The notes under the pieces are model-generated. The model was given only the letters and a program-made list of their open reading frames with translations. It made no database searches and was not told where the DNA came from. DNA of 62,930 nucleotides, filler included, from Choristocarpus tenellus KU-1152 (lineage: Eukaryota; Protista; Phaeophyceae), in assembly GCA_964200185.2 (NCBI GenBank). It is 6 parts of 6 records of this genome, joined end to end, with 100 filler letters (N's around TTAATTAATTAA, not from the genome) between each part and the next. Parts side by side here need not be neighbours in the genome. Positions count along the whole stretch, not along the records: positions 22,015 to 48,981 come from CAXNAD020000159.1; 5 more parts are not named here. One strand, given 5' to 3'. Of the stretch, positions 22,015 to 35,295 are shown one piece after another. How positions within the stretch are numbered: the stretch's first letter is position 1; each line of letters starts with the position of its first letter. Position numbers and translations under genes: made by a program.

Positions 22015-25000
22015 GTGGGGGAGGGGGGGGGGAAGATCAAGGGGGAGACAGTGGTTGAGAAACCTGCGGGTTCTGATGAGTCTGCAGTGGTAAGTCCCGA
22101 GGCTGAGCTGGGTGCTTCTGGTGTATCTACTAACCCATTGGGAGACAAAGTGGTTGAAGGTTTGGATGGTGTGGGTGTTAAGATGGCAATGGAGGTTGAT
22201 GAGGAGGAAGGGGAAGAGGAGGAGGAGAATGCCATGGAAGGGATTGCAGAGGCATTGCTTGGGGGAGAGGAGGGTGAGGATGCTGAGGGCACAGATTCAG
22301 GAAATTCTTTGGGAGATTTTGTGGGAGTTGAGGTTGAAGGTGGCAGTGCCAGCAGTGTCACAGAGGGGGATGGGGAAGATATTGTGGGAGATGCTACTAA
22401 TAAAGAGGGTGTGGTACAGGTGGAGGGAAGTTCTGTTGCGGTTGGTACAGGTTTGAGTGGAACCACGGGGAACAGTAGTAATAACGCTGATAATGGTGTT
22501 GACAACATTGGTGTTGGCCCTGGGAAGAAGGGTGAAGGGACGGTTAGTGACAAGCGCAGAAGGTGGCTGAGGAGTGATGTAGATACCAACAGTGCTGCGG
22601 TGGGTGAGAACTCTGATGGAAGTGGGAAGGATAAGGATTTCTCTGCTGGTGAGGAAAAGTATAAAGTGGGTTACAAGATTCTGGAGGTGCTCGAGGCCAG
22701 GGTTCAGGGGCGACCCAAAAGATATCCCAGGGTGATTGTCATTGGGGATGTGCATGGCTGTGTGGAGGAACTGTCTGCGCTGTTGAGAAGGGTGCAGTAC
22801 TACCCTGGAGACCTGCTGCTGTTTCTGGGAGACTTGGTGAGTGCAGATGATGGAAATGGGACTGGTTGTGTTTAGTGCAAGGGTTGGTGTCAGCGTTAAT
22901 GTTAGGGCTAGGGTTAGGGTTAGGGTTTGGTTGTGTAGCGTGAGGGTGGGAGGTTTAAGATTAGGGTTTGTGCGGGGTGGATGTGTGCTCACTGGGGTGG
23001 GGCGATGAAATGTGATTGGGTGGAGTACAGAGTGGTTTGGACTTTGGAAGGGAATTGATGGTACAGGGATAGTAGGGGGAAGTGGGTATTTGTATTCACT
23101 AATTAAGAGGGAAAACATGAGCGCGCACTGTTTAACCTGTGTGATATAAAATTCTCGCCATATTAGTTTTAGTTTCTTGAAAGCTGCATGTTAGATATGT
23201 ACGCCACAAAGTGTTTTTTTTATGTTTTTTGTGAGAAAATACAGTGGGGATTTTGTTGTCGCTACTTTGGAGAAATATGTATGGGTTTATTTTCTGATGT
23301 ACTTGATCATAACGAAGAAATAATGTGCTACGTAATGTTTTGTAATAGGGTTAGGGTTAGAGGCTTGTATAAAATATTTGTTGAATTTAGTTTTGAAGTT
23401 GAAGTTGTTGCAACAAGATGCTGAGATGTGAGGACTGGAGTGGTGGTTAGCTTGAGATTTGGGAAGGGGGTTGCTATTGTACACCCTACTCTGTTATGTC
23501 CATATCAATTGATGCAAAGCATTTTTGCCCTTTCCTAGGTACTATTAACTATTTCTATTCTATTGCTAGTTTTGTATTGTTATTACTATTAGTGGGATTA
23601 TTCCCAACTGTTTTTGTATTAGACATGTGTTCTTTGTGTGTGGGGATGTTTGAAGAGTGCATCTTATCTGCTACCCTTCATGCCATACTCTTATTTCTGT
23701 ATCTCCTATTATTGGATTCACCACTGTTTCAAACTCATTGACACTAGTCATAAGACTTTGATATCATAATGGGGGAGGAAGAAAGGACTGCATGCAACAA
23801 ACTAACACTAACCCTACAGGGAGATATTTTCTCACAACAAACGCCTTCATATTATATTTCCGACTGTAGTTCCCACTCAACAACCAATAACAATACTTAG
23901 GGTTAGGGTTAATGTTAGATTTGAAAATAAGTAGATGCCTTCCCAATTAGACAAAAGCTGTTGCATAGTAACTTCAAACAAGCAGCATATCGTGGACATG
24001 AATGGCATGGTACTAGTACTATAATTTTATGCATTCATCTAGTCACTTATTATCTTTATCACAATCATGCACTCATGTATGTAGCCGTAGCCCTAACCCT
24101 ATTGATGTAGTCTGAGGTAGTTTCCATTGGTACAGTCTGATCATCCCTCTGATAATTATGGTACTTACCATTGATACAGTCTGATTATCACTCTGATTAT
24201 CACTCTAATTATCACTCTGATTATCACTCTAATTATCACTCTAATTATGATAGTGATATAATGTTTGGCACTCGTCCTAAAAAACAGGACAGTAAGTAGA
24301 AGACTTCCTTACCATCCCTTTGACACTCTCCCAATTACCCTAACCCTGAATGCTAGTAATATTAACAATATTCAGAATTGTTATTCTTATTTTTTGTTGT
24401 GCTTCTGGTGCTAGTACTAAGAATCGAACCTGTCCATTTTACTCACAGGTTGCCAAGGGGCCAGACAGTCCCGGAGTTATCAGGATGGCCAGAGAACTAG
24501 GGGCAGTTAGTGTCCGTGGTAACCATGAGTTTGAGGTAAGAATAGGAATAGACCTAACCCTAACCCTAACCCTAAGAATAAGAATAAGAATAGACCTAAA
24601 GCTAAGCCTCTACCCAAAGTTTTCAACAAGCTGTAGAATAAAATTGAAACATATCCATGAAGCAAATACATAGGTTATATGGGTAATATGTAGGTAATAT
24701 ATGGGTATGTTGTGCAGTGAGTAGTCTAATCTGTCTTGCTTTTTATAAGATGTATGGTGTGGTGTTATGTAGGAGGCAAGGAGATGGAAGGCGTTGGTCA
24801 GTGTGATTCATCGAAGAGTTTTATATTCTGAATTATTTCTGAATTATCAATGTAATAATAGTAAGAAGCATTAATGTAGGTACAATTATTATGCTTTACA
24901 TATTATTTTATTTTTGTACTGCAAAGAGTTGATTTTTATTTTATTTTTTTGGGGGGGGGGGGATTGACACGATACTGATCAGAACTGACATCATAACCTT

Positions 25001-26656
25001 TAGACTATTTTATCGTTATTGTTTATTATTATTTATTAATGTATGTGTGTATTTGCAGCGATATATAAATGCCTTGACAGTGGTGTAGAAAATCACAGAG
25101 GATTAGCTCAGGAGGTCGAATTTTGTGACCAAATATTGGACTGACATACCTCCCGAATTGTTGGTGTTAGTGACACTTCTGAAGTGTGTTGTGTAATTCA
25201 AGTAGTAGTGTAAACATTTTTGTACTGATGTGTTGAGCATGTGTGATGCTTGATGGTATTATCAGGATAGGACCGGTGTTATTGTCTAACCCAGTCATTG
25301 TTTCATGTGTGATTGTTTCAGCTGTCTCTGTTGATAGATAGTCTTAGATGTCCACACATTGTCTTTCTCAAATAGTGTGGATTTATCCACATGGTTATTA
25401 TACTGACACTCAACCACACTCAACCATAGAGAACCAGGGTTGGTAGTTCTGCTATATTTTTTGTCGTTCTCTTTGGTTCTATTTGACCAATCACAACCAC
25501 CAATAGGTTTGTGATGACCATTCACAATGTTGCATGTCTGGTTTGATCCGAATTTTATGTTAAACTTGGTTCTTGGTATGTGAAATGTAGGATACAGACA
25601 CAAGACACAAGTCTGCATGGTTGTTTGACCCAATACCACAAACGTTTTGCTCGGTTGCTTGCAGCCTTCATTTTTTATAGTAGTAATTTGTATAGTTTCT
25701 TTAACCAACTTGACTCTTTGGACTGTGTACTGATCCACGCCTTGGTGGAAGAAGTCCTCAGTCTTGACTAGTGGTGTATTTTTACTTGTGAACAAGTGTT
25801 CAACTTAGGGTTAGGGTCAATCCTGTTTTTCAGTAATGCTAGTCAGTAATACTAGTCAGTAATGTCACTGAAGATTAAAAATGGTACATACATTTGGTTG
25901 GATGAAGGGGGTAATGATTTGTAAGTGAGAAACTTTGGTAGAATCTTTGGTAGAGCTGCCATCGAAAAGAGAAAAATGAGTTGTCATCAACCCCTCCATG
26001 AAAAATAGACAAAATCAGGGTACAGAACAGGAAAAAAAATCTTTTGGGGCGATTATGATACATAATCGGGAGATTTCTGCCAATCAGATAGGGCGGTATG
26101 TACTCAATGGTATATACCATTATTGGTTTGTGTCACAGTAGTTCGTTAGTCATTCAATTTTTTTTTTTTTATCTTCAGCACCCGATATAGACAAGTTATC
26201 TGCTGGTAATGTACCTGTTGGTAATCTGCAGCCCGAGCATTTTGTTGAAGGTGGATAGAGTTGACTCTTGATCCGTTAAATGTTATGTGCTCACTGATTG
26301 GATGTTGAATGTGATGTGCTCACTGATTGGATGTTGAATGTCATGTGCTCACTGATTGGATGTTGAATGTTATGTGCTCACTGATTGGATGTTGAATGTT
26401 ATGTGCTCACTGATTGGATGTTGAATGTCATGTGCTCACTGATTGGATGTTGAATGATATGTGTAACCCTAGCCATGTCTATTGACTTCTCCCTCAGCAA
26501 ATACATAACTTGTCTGCATTATTTTAATATGACCCTGATAAGAATACTACTTAAAAACTATCTTCATGCGAAGTCCATATCTGCTCTTGATTTGTTTTTG
26601 TGACAGTACCTTAGGCAATGAAGCATGTGTAATCAACTGTAGTTTCAGTTTGCTGT

Positions 26657-26692
<36 letters not shown>

Positions 26693-29600
26693 GCTCTTCA
26701 GTATCTCCTTTATCATTCTATCAAAAAAATTATAATAATGCTAACAACCCTTTACACATATCTATATATCTATATACGTTTATCTCTCTTTATTTGTCCA
26801 AGGTCCTGAGATGTTGTGACATTCTCAGACGTAGAGCTAAGGCAAAGAGTGACGACGATTTCTTCACAGCCAACAACCCTATGCCAAGGAGCCAACACTA
26901 TCGAATTGCCCAGGAGCTGTCAAGGGAGGACCGGACATGGCTCAAGAACTGTCCTTGGTGAGAGAGCTGCTTGGTAAATGCCACGACATCGGCGATGTAA
27001 AATTGTTGTTGGGTTAGGGTTAGGGTTAGGGTTAATAATGCTGATATTAATGGTATTGGTTTAGTGTACCTTGCATTGTGACTATGTTTTTTTGGGAATG
27101 GTTTGGACTACATGTGGTAAAACATAAAAAACAGCAGTAGAGTGCATATAGATATTTTAGGTGTTTTTAAATGAAAAACCTTTTTGAAAGTCTTTTCTAC
27201 TCTTTCTTGATCTGAGTACTTGGGTACTGGTACAGATATAGTGTTGCTTGAGGTGTCTTGTTTCTACGTCGTCGTTCAGCAAAAGAGTGATTCAATAATC
27301 AATAATTGCGTTTTTTTTTTCTGTGAAAATTCTATACAGGTGTAGTAAATATGTTAAGAACACTAGAAAATCAAACTACGTCCAAGTAGAAAAGAATCAT
27401 ATTTTTTGTTCTAGAAATATTACTGTTCTTATAATTGCGTTGATGATGTCTTCTCTTGCAACAGTGAAATTGAAAAAAATGATGCTTGAAGATTACAAAT
27501 AGGTGCATTTAGGCATATTGGGCAAATGCTTGATACCAATACATGGTAATTATTTTTGGCAGTTGATTTTGACATTAGGGAGGGTGTAGATGTGTGTGGA
27601 CATAACCGGTAACAGGATCTGGGAAATTCTTGATGAAAATTTGAGTTTTCTATATTTTGTTCAGTACACACCATACAAACAACCAGTTTGAAAAATTTCA
27701 AACAAAATTGGTTGGAAGGACAAAAACCTTTGTCCTGATTTATTTGAAGTTTGGTATTTTTATTGGTTGTAACACTAATGAAATTGTATTGTATGTTTCA
27801 TTTTTCAAGAAAATGTAGAGATTAAAATAATAATAATAATAATAATAATAATGATCACACCCATTTTTTTTTTTCAAAGTTTGCTATGTGTACGTTGCAG
27901 TATAAATTTTATATTGTTGAAGATTTTTCTGGGTATGGCTACCTCATTTAAATCAAAGAGGAGTCGAGTATTGTAGATGGGTTTGCCATTGTTGCTAATG
28001 GGGGTATATGTATCTGTCTTCTGATTTTCATCTTTACGTCCCTACTTCCTCCAATCCACTAAGAAAGCATCCATCAACAGGTTCTATCTTTGTACATCCA
28101 CATACTCCTGATGGGAGATACCTGTATTTGGACATTGAAAATGGGGTGTATGGCATCACATTTTGTAGCCCAATAATTACAAGTCCGCAACATATGATCC
28201 CCCTTCTGGGATAGCTTTTTGCACTGCCATACATAAATTGTCCATCTGTTGCCATAAAATGTTACTGAGGTTTCGAGCACAAATGTGCTGTATGGCTGTA
28301 TGCTGTATGTATGTATGCTGTATGATGTATGATGTATGATGTAAGAGATGACTTGAGTTTTTCGGTACGAATGATGAGCCTTGTTGTGGTGTATTGTTGT
28401 ACATTTCCATGTGCTGAATGTGTGCCGAACTCTTCTTTTTTTTTGCATTCGAGAGGAAACCCTAACTCTAACCCTAAACACAGACTTTGCGATTCAAGGA
28501 TGCTAATAAATAAAAATATGGGTTAAAATTGTGCTATTTTCACAAGTATGTACACAGTGTATCTTCCAAATGTTGTGAAGAAGTTTCAAACAAAAATATA
28601 AATCAGTTTCAAGATAAATGAACACTCTCAAGGCAAACTTAGTTCTTCATCCAAACAAACATGGGTGAATTTCAAAAAAAAAAAAAAAAAAAAAGGCTTA
28701 CGTCGCAAAGCGGGTTAGGGTTAGGGTTAGACACTGAATACCACAATCTCCTTTGACTCAAATGTGATAGCTACAGCAACAGTATTTTATTGTTTATTAT
28801 TACTGTAACAGCGTATATTTTGGTTAGTAGTAGTTTTCGTGACATCTTAAAAATTAAATCAGATGTAAGCAGAAAAGGTACAAGAAAAGGTACAAAAGTC
28901 AGGCGTAGAAAGGAAAATAGCACCCATCCATGTGCACACTATTATGTTTGCGCACTTCAGAATATGACATTGGCATTGTGTATTAGGGTTAGGGTTAGGG
29001 TTAGGGTTATTGTCCATGAGAGGGTTAGGGTGTTGGCCTTCGATAGGGTTAGGGCTGATAGGGCTCTGTGATACCATTAATACTACGTGCTATGTAGTTG
29101 GTTGGATGACCTTTGTGCACACCCTATGTTGTCGGGGAAGTAGATAGGGTTAGGGATGATTGGCGGTAGAGTATGATGTTGAAAGGAACTGGTGATGGTA
29201 TGATGGATAAGCCTTACACCGAGAACGGTTTATATGTACCATCAGTGGTATATGCAATACCATGAGGTCGACAAGCTGACCCCCCAATGTATACTCCAGA
29301 GTTACTTGGTAGCAGTAGTTGTATTACAGTAGTAGGGTCAAGAACGGATGCCGGCACCCCCCCCCCCTCAGATACTTTGACCCTAGTATAGTGTAGAGTT
29401 GAATCTGATTGGTCAAAGAAATCAGTGGGCTGTGGATGAACCGGAAAGTATTAACTTCTCTGCACATTGTTGTCATTTTATGTTAGTAGTAATAAATAGT
29501 GGTTAAGCAGTGCCCTCGTTCTCGAGTGTGTTTGAAGTATTTTCAACAATAATACATAATAGTATTTTCAACAATACATAATAATGTATGTAGTAGTAGT

Positions 29601-32329
29601 AGTAGTAGTAGTAGTAGTTCCGACAATAACTTTTCCCTCTAAACGATTTTGTTTATGCATCCTCATTCCAATCTACAATCTACAGAGTGTCTTGATCAAA
29701 GTGATCCACGGTGTTTTTATGTATATTTATACATGTGTATTCTTACATGTTACATACACATATATTGTATGATTACTTTTTTATATATATAGGTATGATT
29801 TTTATTGTAATAGCAGTTCTGCTCGAGTCTATTCAAGTGAAGTGAACTTCCTCTTTCAAGAGGGCAAGTGTCATAATTCACTAGAGTTGTATTTATTTGA
29901 GGATGCAAAATATCTTCTTATGGTAATATTGCATCTCATATCTCATACACTACTGGAAATATCCTGAACCGTTCCCTTTTGTATGTTACCTTACCCAATG
30001 CCACGTCACCCACATTTTGTCATGTGTACAACTCACACATCGTCCTGTTCTTTTCTAATCACTACGATTTTCTCGTAGTGGTAGTGGTGATTTTCTCATC
30101 TTCACCTTACTGATACTAATATTTATATTAATATTAATAGTGCAATAACGATTGCACCCACATAGCTATATTCCTCGCAAACTATCAGTAGGGTTAGGGT
30201 TATAATCCAATCATTGTTATTGTTGTCACTATTATTATTATTATTGTATGTGGTGACTTGAATCAGACAGTGTACAATCATACAATAGAACCTTCCGTTA
30301 TCGCCAAACTACTCCCTCCACCTCCCCTCCTCTCCCCCTCTCCCTTGCTGCTCTATGGATAAGGTATATCACCAGCAAGGACCTGGGTGCATTGTTTGTT
30401 CATGCAGGGATTGTGTCTGGGACAAGTCTTATCCGACAAAACCCTCGAGTGATGATGAACATGCGGAGTCTCTTGCCAGATGGGACAGTGTCTTCCAAAT
30501 GCATTAAGGACAAGCCATGGGCCAAGTACGTAACGGGAGGGGGATTGGTGCACATTACCACCATCACCTTCACTATCACCATTAGGGGTCAATGTAATGA
30601 GGATAGTGGAGGGAAGATACACCTGATCCAGATACCTTTTTGTTTTCATCGCTGTAAAAGACATTTGAATTGTAAGGAGATGAAGCGTTTATTTGCAATA
30701 CACTGTGGCGAGATATGTCTTTTTGGTGATTGTTTGATTCGATATATTGGTTGTTGATTGATTGCATGCGATTGGTGGTTGATGATTGGTGCGACAATGT
30801 GACCGTATCTATTAATAGCAACTAGTAATAACTAGTAATATCAAGTATTAATTGTAGGTGCAGTATCTCTTGCTATGGTTTAACCAGCTTCGTCTGTTTT
30901 GATGCCGCCTAAATTGTGTCCACTAAGGGTGTGCTTGAGGTAAAAATGGTATCTCTAGCTGTTTTTGCTAAAATTATTTTGAAGTGTGTAACCTCTTTAA
31001 ATTGGATGTGATTATTGATTGTTTAGGGTTACGAATAGTGGTGAATAAATGTAAGACTAATAGTATATCAGGGGATTATTCTTATGATAGATGTTACCAA
31101 GTCCTATCTCTTATCTCTTATCCTGGCTTAATTATATATGGGTATGCATGTACAGTAAATCAGAACAATGAGATGAGCTATTAATAATATTCATAATAAT
31201 AATAATATTTAATTGATTTTCCTTTTTTAAAAAATCTCCCCCCTTTGAAACTGACATTTTGTAAAAGGTGATGCATTGGTTTGTAAGTAGAGGGCAATTA
31301 TGTGCACTGCTATATCTGAAGGAGTCCATATCTTCTTTTTTTCTGTATATTATACAAATAATAATCAGTATTTTATTGCCACTATAATTTTTTTGTTATT
31401 TAATTGAATTGAGCTTTTTTTTGTTTGAGATCGAATCTGAGATTAGCATTGACAAATCAGAGACATTATATCAATAGTTTATGTTGTCTCTTGAAATGAA
31501 TATTGTAGTATCAACATTGGTAGCAGGTTAAGAGAGGATAACACTGTAAAACAGGGCCTACAAGAGGAGTGGGCTCTGGGAGTAGGATGAAAGGGGCTGA
31601 TGGGTGTGGGGCAACTGGGCAGAGGACGGGGAGATGGAAATGGTGGAAACCACAAGGGGGAGGGAGAGGGGAGAGGCAAAGTTAATGTTAGCCAACATTT
31701 TTTTTTTTGAGGTGTCATGAATGTGAAGACGTTTTTTTTTTACCATGGTGTGGATCACTAGATACAGGGTTAGTGTTAGGGTTAGGGTTTGGACTGTGTA
31801 CATCGTGCATCAGATATGGTGATGATAGTGGAGTAATCATAAGAACAACAATACAAGACCTTTGTGAGTGAGGTCAGGATCCACTATCATATACTATCAC
31901 ATGCCAAGGAAATCAAAGTCGTTTATGTTTTTGTATTTTTATTGATGTAGTTCAAATCATCATGTCTTGCTTTTTGTAGCATGCATGCTCCCTTTGCACT
32001 TGGTCACACCTAACACCCTCCAAACCCATCACCCTCTCCCCAGGAAATGGCCAGGACCTCTCAAGGTGTTCTTTGGACATGATGCAGAGAGAGGGTTACA
32101 ATTGCATGAACATGCCACAGGGTTGGATACAGGGTGTGTTTATGGTGGTCGCCTGACAGCTTGCATCCTTCCAGGAGAGAAGTTGTATTATGTAGAGAGT
32201 GGAAAAGAGTATCAGAACTACAATAAGCGGGCTAGGAAAAAGGCAAAGGACCCATGGGAAATGAACTGGCACCCTGATGAACACTATGCGAATGGCCCAG
32301 ATTCAAAATCCATTGACGGCAGCTATTGA
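22015..32329 (+). CDS. Calcineurin-like metallophosphoesterase, ApaH-like (ALPH/Ppn2-type), 5'-partial (exons <22015-22836, 24449-24535, 26803-26957, 30364-30525, 32044-32329)
   Basis: [48 protein letters not shown] motifs in order; exon phases consistent; long acidic/Gly-rich N-terminus. Confidence 0.93.
24180..24248. repeat. 12-bp minisatellite (CTRATTATCACT) x~6
   Basis: Direct tandem copies. Confidence 0.9.
26281..26463. repeat. 29-bp minisatellite (TGTNATGTGCTCACTGATTGGATGTTGAA) x6+
   Basis: Head-to-tail copies without spacers. Confidence 0.95.
29335..29383. mobile_element. 49-bp collapsed derivative of the poly-G TIR element
   Basis: GGGTCAA...CCCCCCCCCCCTCAGATACTTTGACCC; the ends are inverted repeats. 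Confidence 0.55.
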
Positions 32330-34882
32330 TATCAATAGCTTGCTGGGTGGCAATTGTTCTTGGTGAAAGAGGGGCACTTGAGGGGGGTATTGAGGGAGGA
32401 CAACATTTTGATGTTGGTACTTTTTGTGGTAAGTAGTAGTGACACCTTTTTAGTAGTTGATCCTTTGCATGTCTTTGGTGGGTAGGCGCATCTGAAGGGG
32501 AGAGTGTTGTGTGTGTGTGAAGGTAGAGGTTTTGTGGTGAAATGTAGTGTCCTATTAATAGTAATAATAATATGTTGATGCATTATACCTCTAAGTGGGG
32601 GCGATGTGGTTTATTTCCTCAACCGTTTTAACAGATAGTGTATATTTTGTGAGACATATCCAATGTTGGTCACAGTTGCTACCAAAAACATGTATGGCAC
32701 CATCATAATATATATATATATATGCTACCACGAATGTAGGATACCTGTACCTGTACCAGGCAGTTCCAGAAAATGTTTAGGGTATGGGGTAGATGCACGA
32801 ACACAACATTAGAGAGACAGACTCCAATTGCCTTGGTCTTGTATTTACAGGGGTCCGATTTCACACACAACTAATGGATGATTTGTACTTGGTTTTATCA
32901 CTGCTTGGTGCTACGGTCCAAGCACATTGCTACTCCAAGAATGCTGGTCCATGCACCATGTGCATGCCTGTCTTGCTTGGAGGAGTGGAATGGTATACCT
33001 CTCTGTCTTCTTAGTGCAGTAGTGGTGGGTACAGCTCAGGGAAGCGGCACTTAATTCGTTTCCCATTTATTTAGTCTTAATAGGTTGAAATATTTTGTTG
33101 TGAGGTTCAACGTGATTGGTATAGTAGTAGTGCTCAAAGTAGGGAACACAACTTTTACACGCACCAGCCAAACAAAAGAAGACTTGAAAAAATGACTACG
33201 AGATATATGTCTAGTTAGTTTTTGACCTGTCAAAGTGGATCGAAAATGATGTCAAATGTTTCTACGATGACGTCGAAATGATTCGGAAAATTGTTCGAAA
33301 ATGAGGTGAGAAATATTCCACTTGATGTTCCCCAACCCTGGGGGTACTCCTGAAGGTCCAACTCCCCAGTGCACATCAGAGATAAGACTCAAAATACTAG
33401 CACAACAATTCAAGCTCATTCTTCCTGGGTTCACTGACACCTTCAATTTGTTGAGCGCTGACTTTTCGATGTCGACTGATGTGCCGTTCCTTATTCAAAA
33501 AGTTGGAACGAAACAGGTGAAGAAAAACCATCAGGACAACAAGAAAATAGATACTAAAGCAAGGACCAGGTCACAGATCTTCTCTTCTGGGAGGGTAACA
33601 GGTCAACAACTTACTCTACAAGTCAGACCAATAATCTTCCCTCAATACCTGGCCTATCCATCAATCCATCCCACATATTCGCATTACTGTCATTCATGTC
33701 TTGTCCTCCACGTAGTATCATACTATATAGTGGTAGCAATGAAAGCAGAATGATGCTTGAACCCACCTTTGTGGGCAAAGACTTCGAGTTTATATCTCTT
33801 CCTCACATGGAATTCCTCTCTTTTGTACGTAAGTTTATCCCTCTCAACAGAGCGTGTTCTTCTTTTTTTTGCGAAATTAATCTCTTGTGATGTGAGAAGA
33901 CTCAATATTATTAGCATCTTTGGAAGTGAAGACCACAACAACGGTGGGGGGGGGGAGAGATAATCATGTCCTCTTTCCAAGAACATCTGATAATTTCACT
34001 GATCACTCTCTGTCGTTCCGTTTCTATTCCACATCTCTGGAACATATACTTTGTCACCAAAATATCCTACTCATTCGACAATGACCCATTAACATTCCAT
34101 TGACTTGTAATATCCCATTGCCCCAGGAATTGTTCCATTGTCCCTGCAATATCCCATTGATGTTCGTGCGACTTGCACAGTATATTCCAACAATGGCCTT
34201 TAGCTATTGTAGGGAAGACCTTACACATGCTCTGAGAAACACTCCAAGAACGGGTAAGCAAGTGACAAGAGAAATCCTAACAGGGAGTACTGGTGCTCCC
34301 AGTAAACAGTACTGAAGAAGGGGAAATAGCAAGTAGTACTATTTTAGACACTTTGAACAAGAAAATGAACCGAGAAGGTGTGCAACCTACAGAAAAAGCT
34401 ATATTTTATCCAGTGAATCTGCTCACGAGGATAAATTTAGGGTCAACGATAGGTGCATAAGGCAAGAATGATATACAAAAAACAAAACCACCTATCAAGG
34501 GCACAACAATCCAACCAAACCAACATCCACATTTTCAATATGCCCTCTCAAGAATATGGCAAGGTCCACCCATGCATATTATATCTAACAAAAAAGACAC
34601 ATGAACATCCAATAATACCAAAAATAGCTATTAGAAAGTATAATAAACATATCAAAAACATGAATGTGTCTGTGGTTATCGATGCTAACAATATAACAAC
34701 ACATAGGAACAAGACCTGTTCAAGCGCAAGGATTAAAAAAAACTTCCTACAGTCATTGAAAGGGGGGACATGTGCCCTGTGAACAAATAGTTAACATACC
34801 AAGATTCAGCACGGCTTTTTCAATGGAAAACGATCATAGACCTCTCTACTGCTACATCTTAGTCCCAAAACCTCAGGCACTG

Positions 34883-35256
34883 TTATGAGTCCCGATTGAG
34901 GGCAGAGGTAATAACATCCTGAATGGTCTGTAGTGGTGGCTGGTATAGATCTGGGATAAACTGTCGCTGCAGTGCATTGAAAGAGTACTTGGGTCGACCA
35001 ACGTTTTTTTCTGCTATCATCAAACGTACACCATGAGCACGTAGGACATTGGCCACTTTCAGAGCTCCGTTTGTCTCGGCTTCTCGCCATGTTACAGGGT
35101 CGGGCCCTGTCTGCGACGGTGGCAATACTGAATGTGAAGTTGATGGTGTGCTGTCTCCTCCCAGGCACTGTTGGTTCGGTGATGAAACATTGGGTTGTAC
35201 ATGGTTCCCAATGAGCAGCAATGCTTCTTCCAGCGTGACAGACATAGCTGTGCGAT

Positions 35257-35295
<39 letters not shown>

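Noticed and set aside
21963-23118. Long minus-strand ORFs (208 and 273 aa)
   Set aside because: Antisense shadows of the purine-rich phosphoesterase exon and telomeric repeats.
26281-26463. CRISPR-like array of 29-bp repeats
   Set aside because: The repeats are head-to-tail with no unique spacers and there are no cas genes; it is an intronic minisatellite in a eukaryote.
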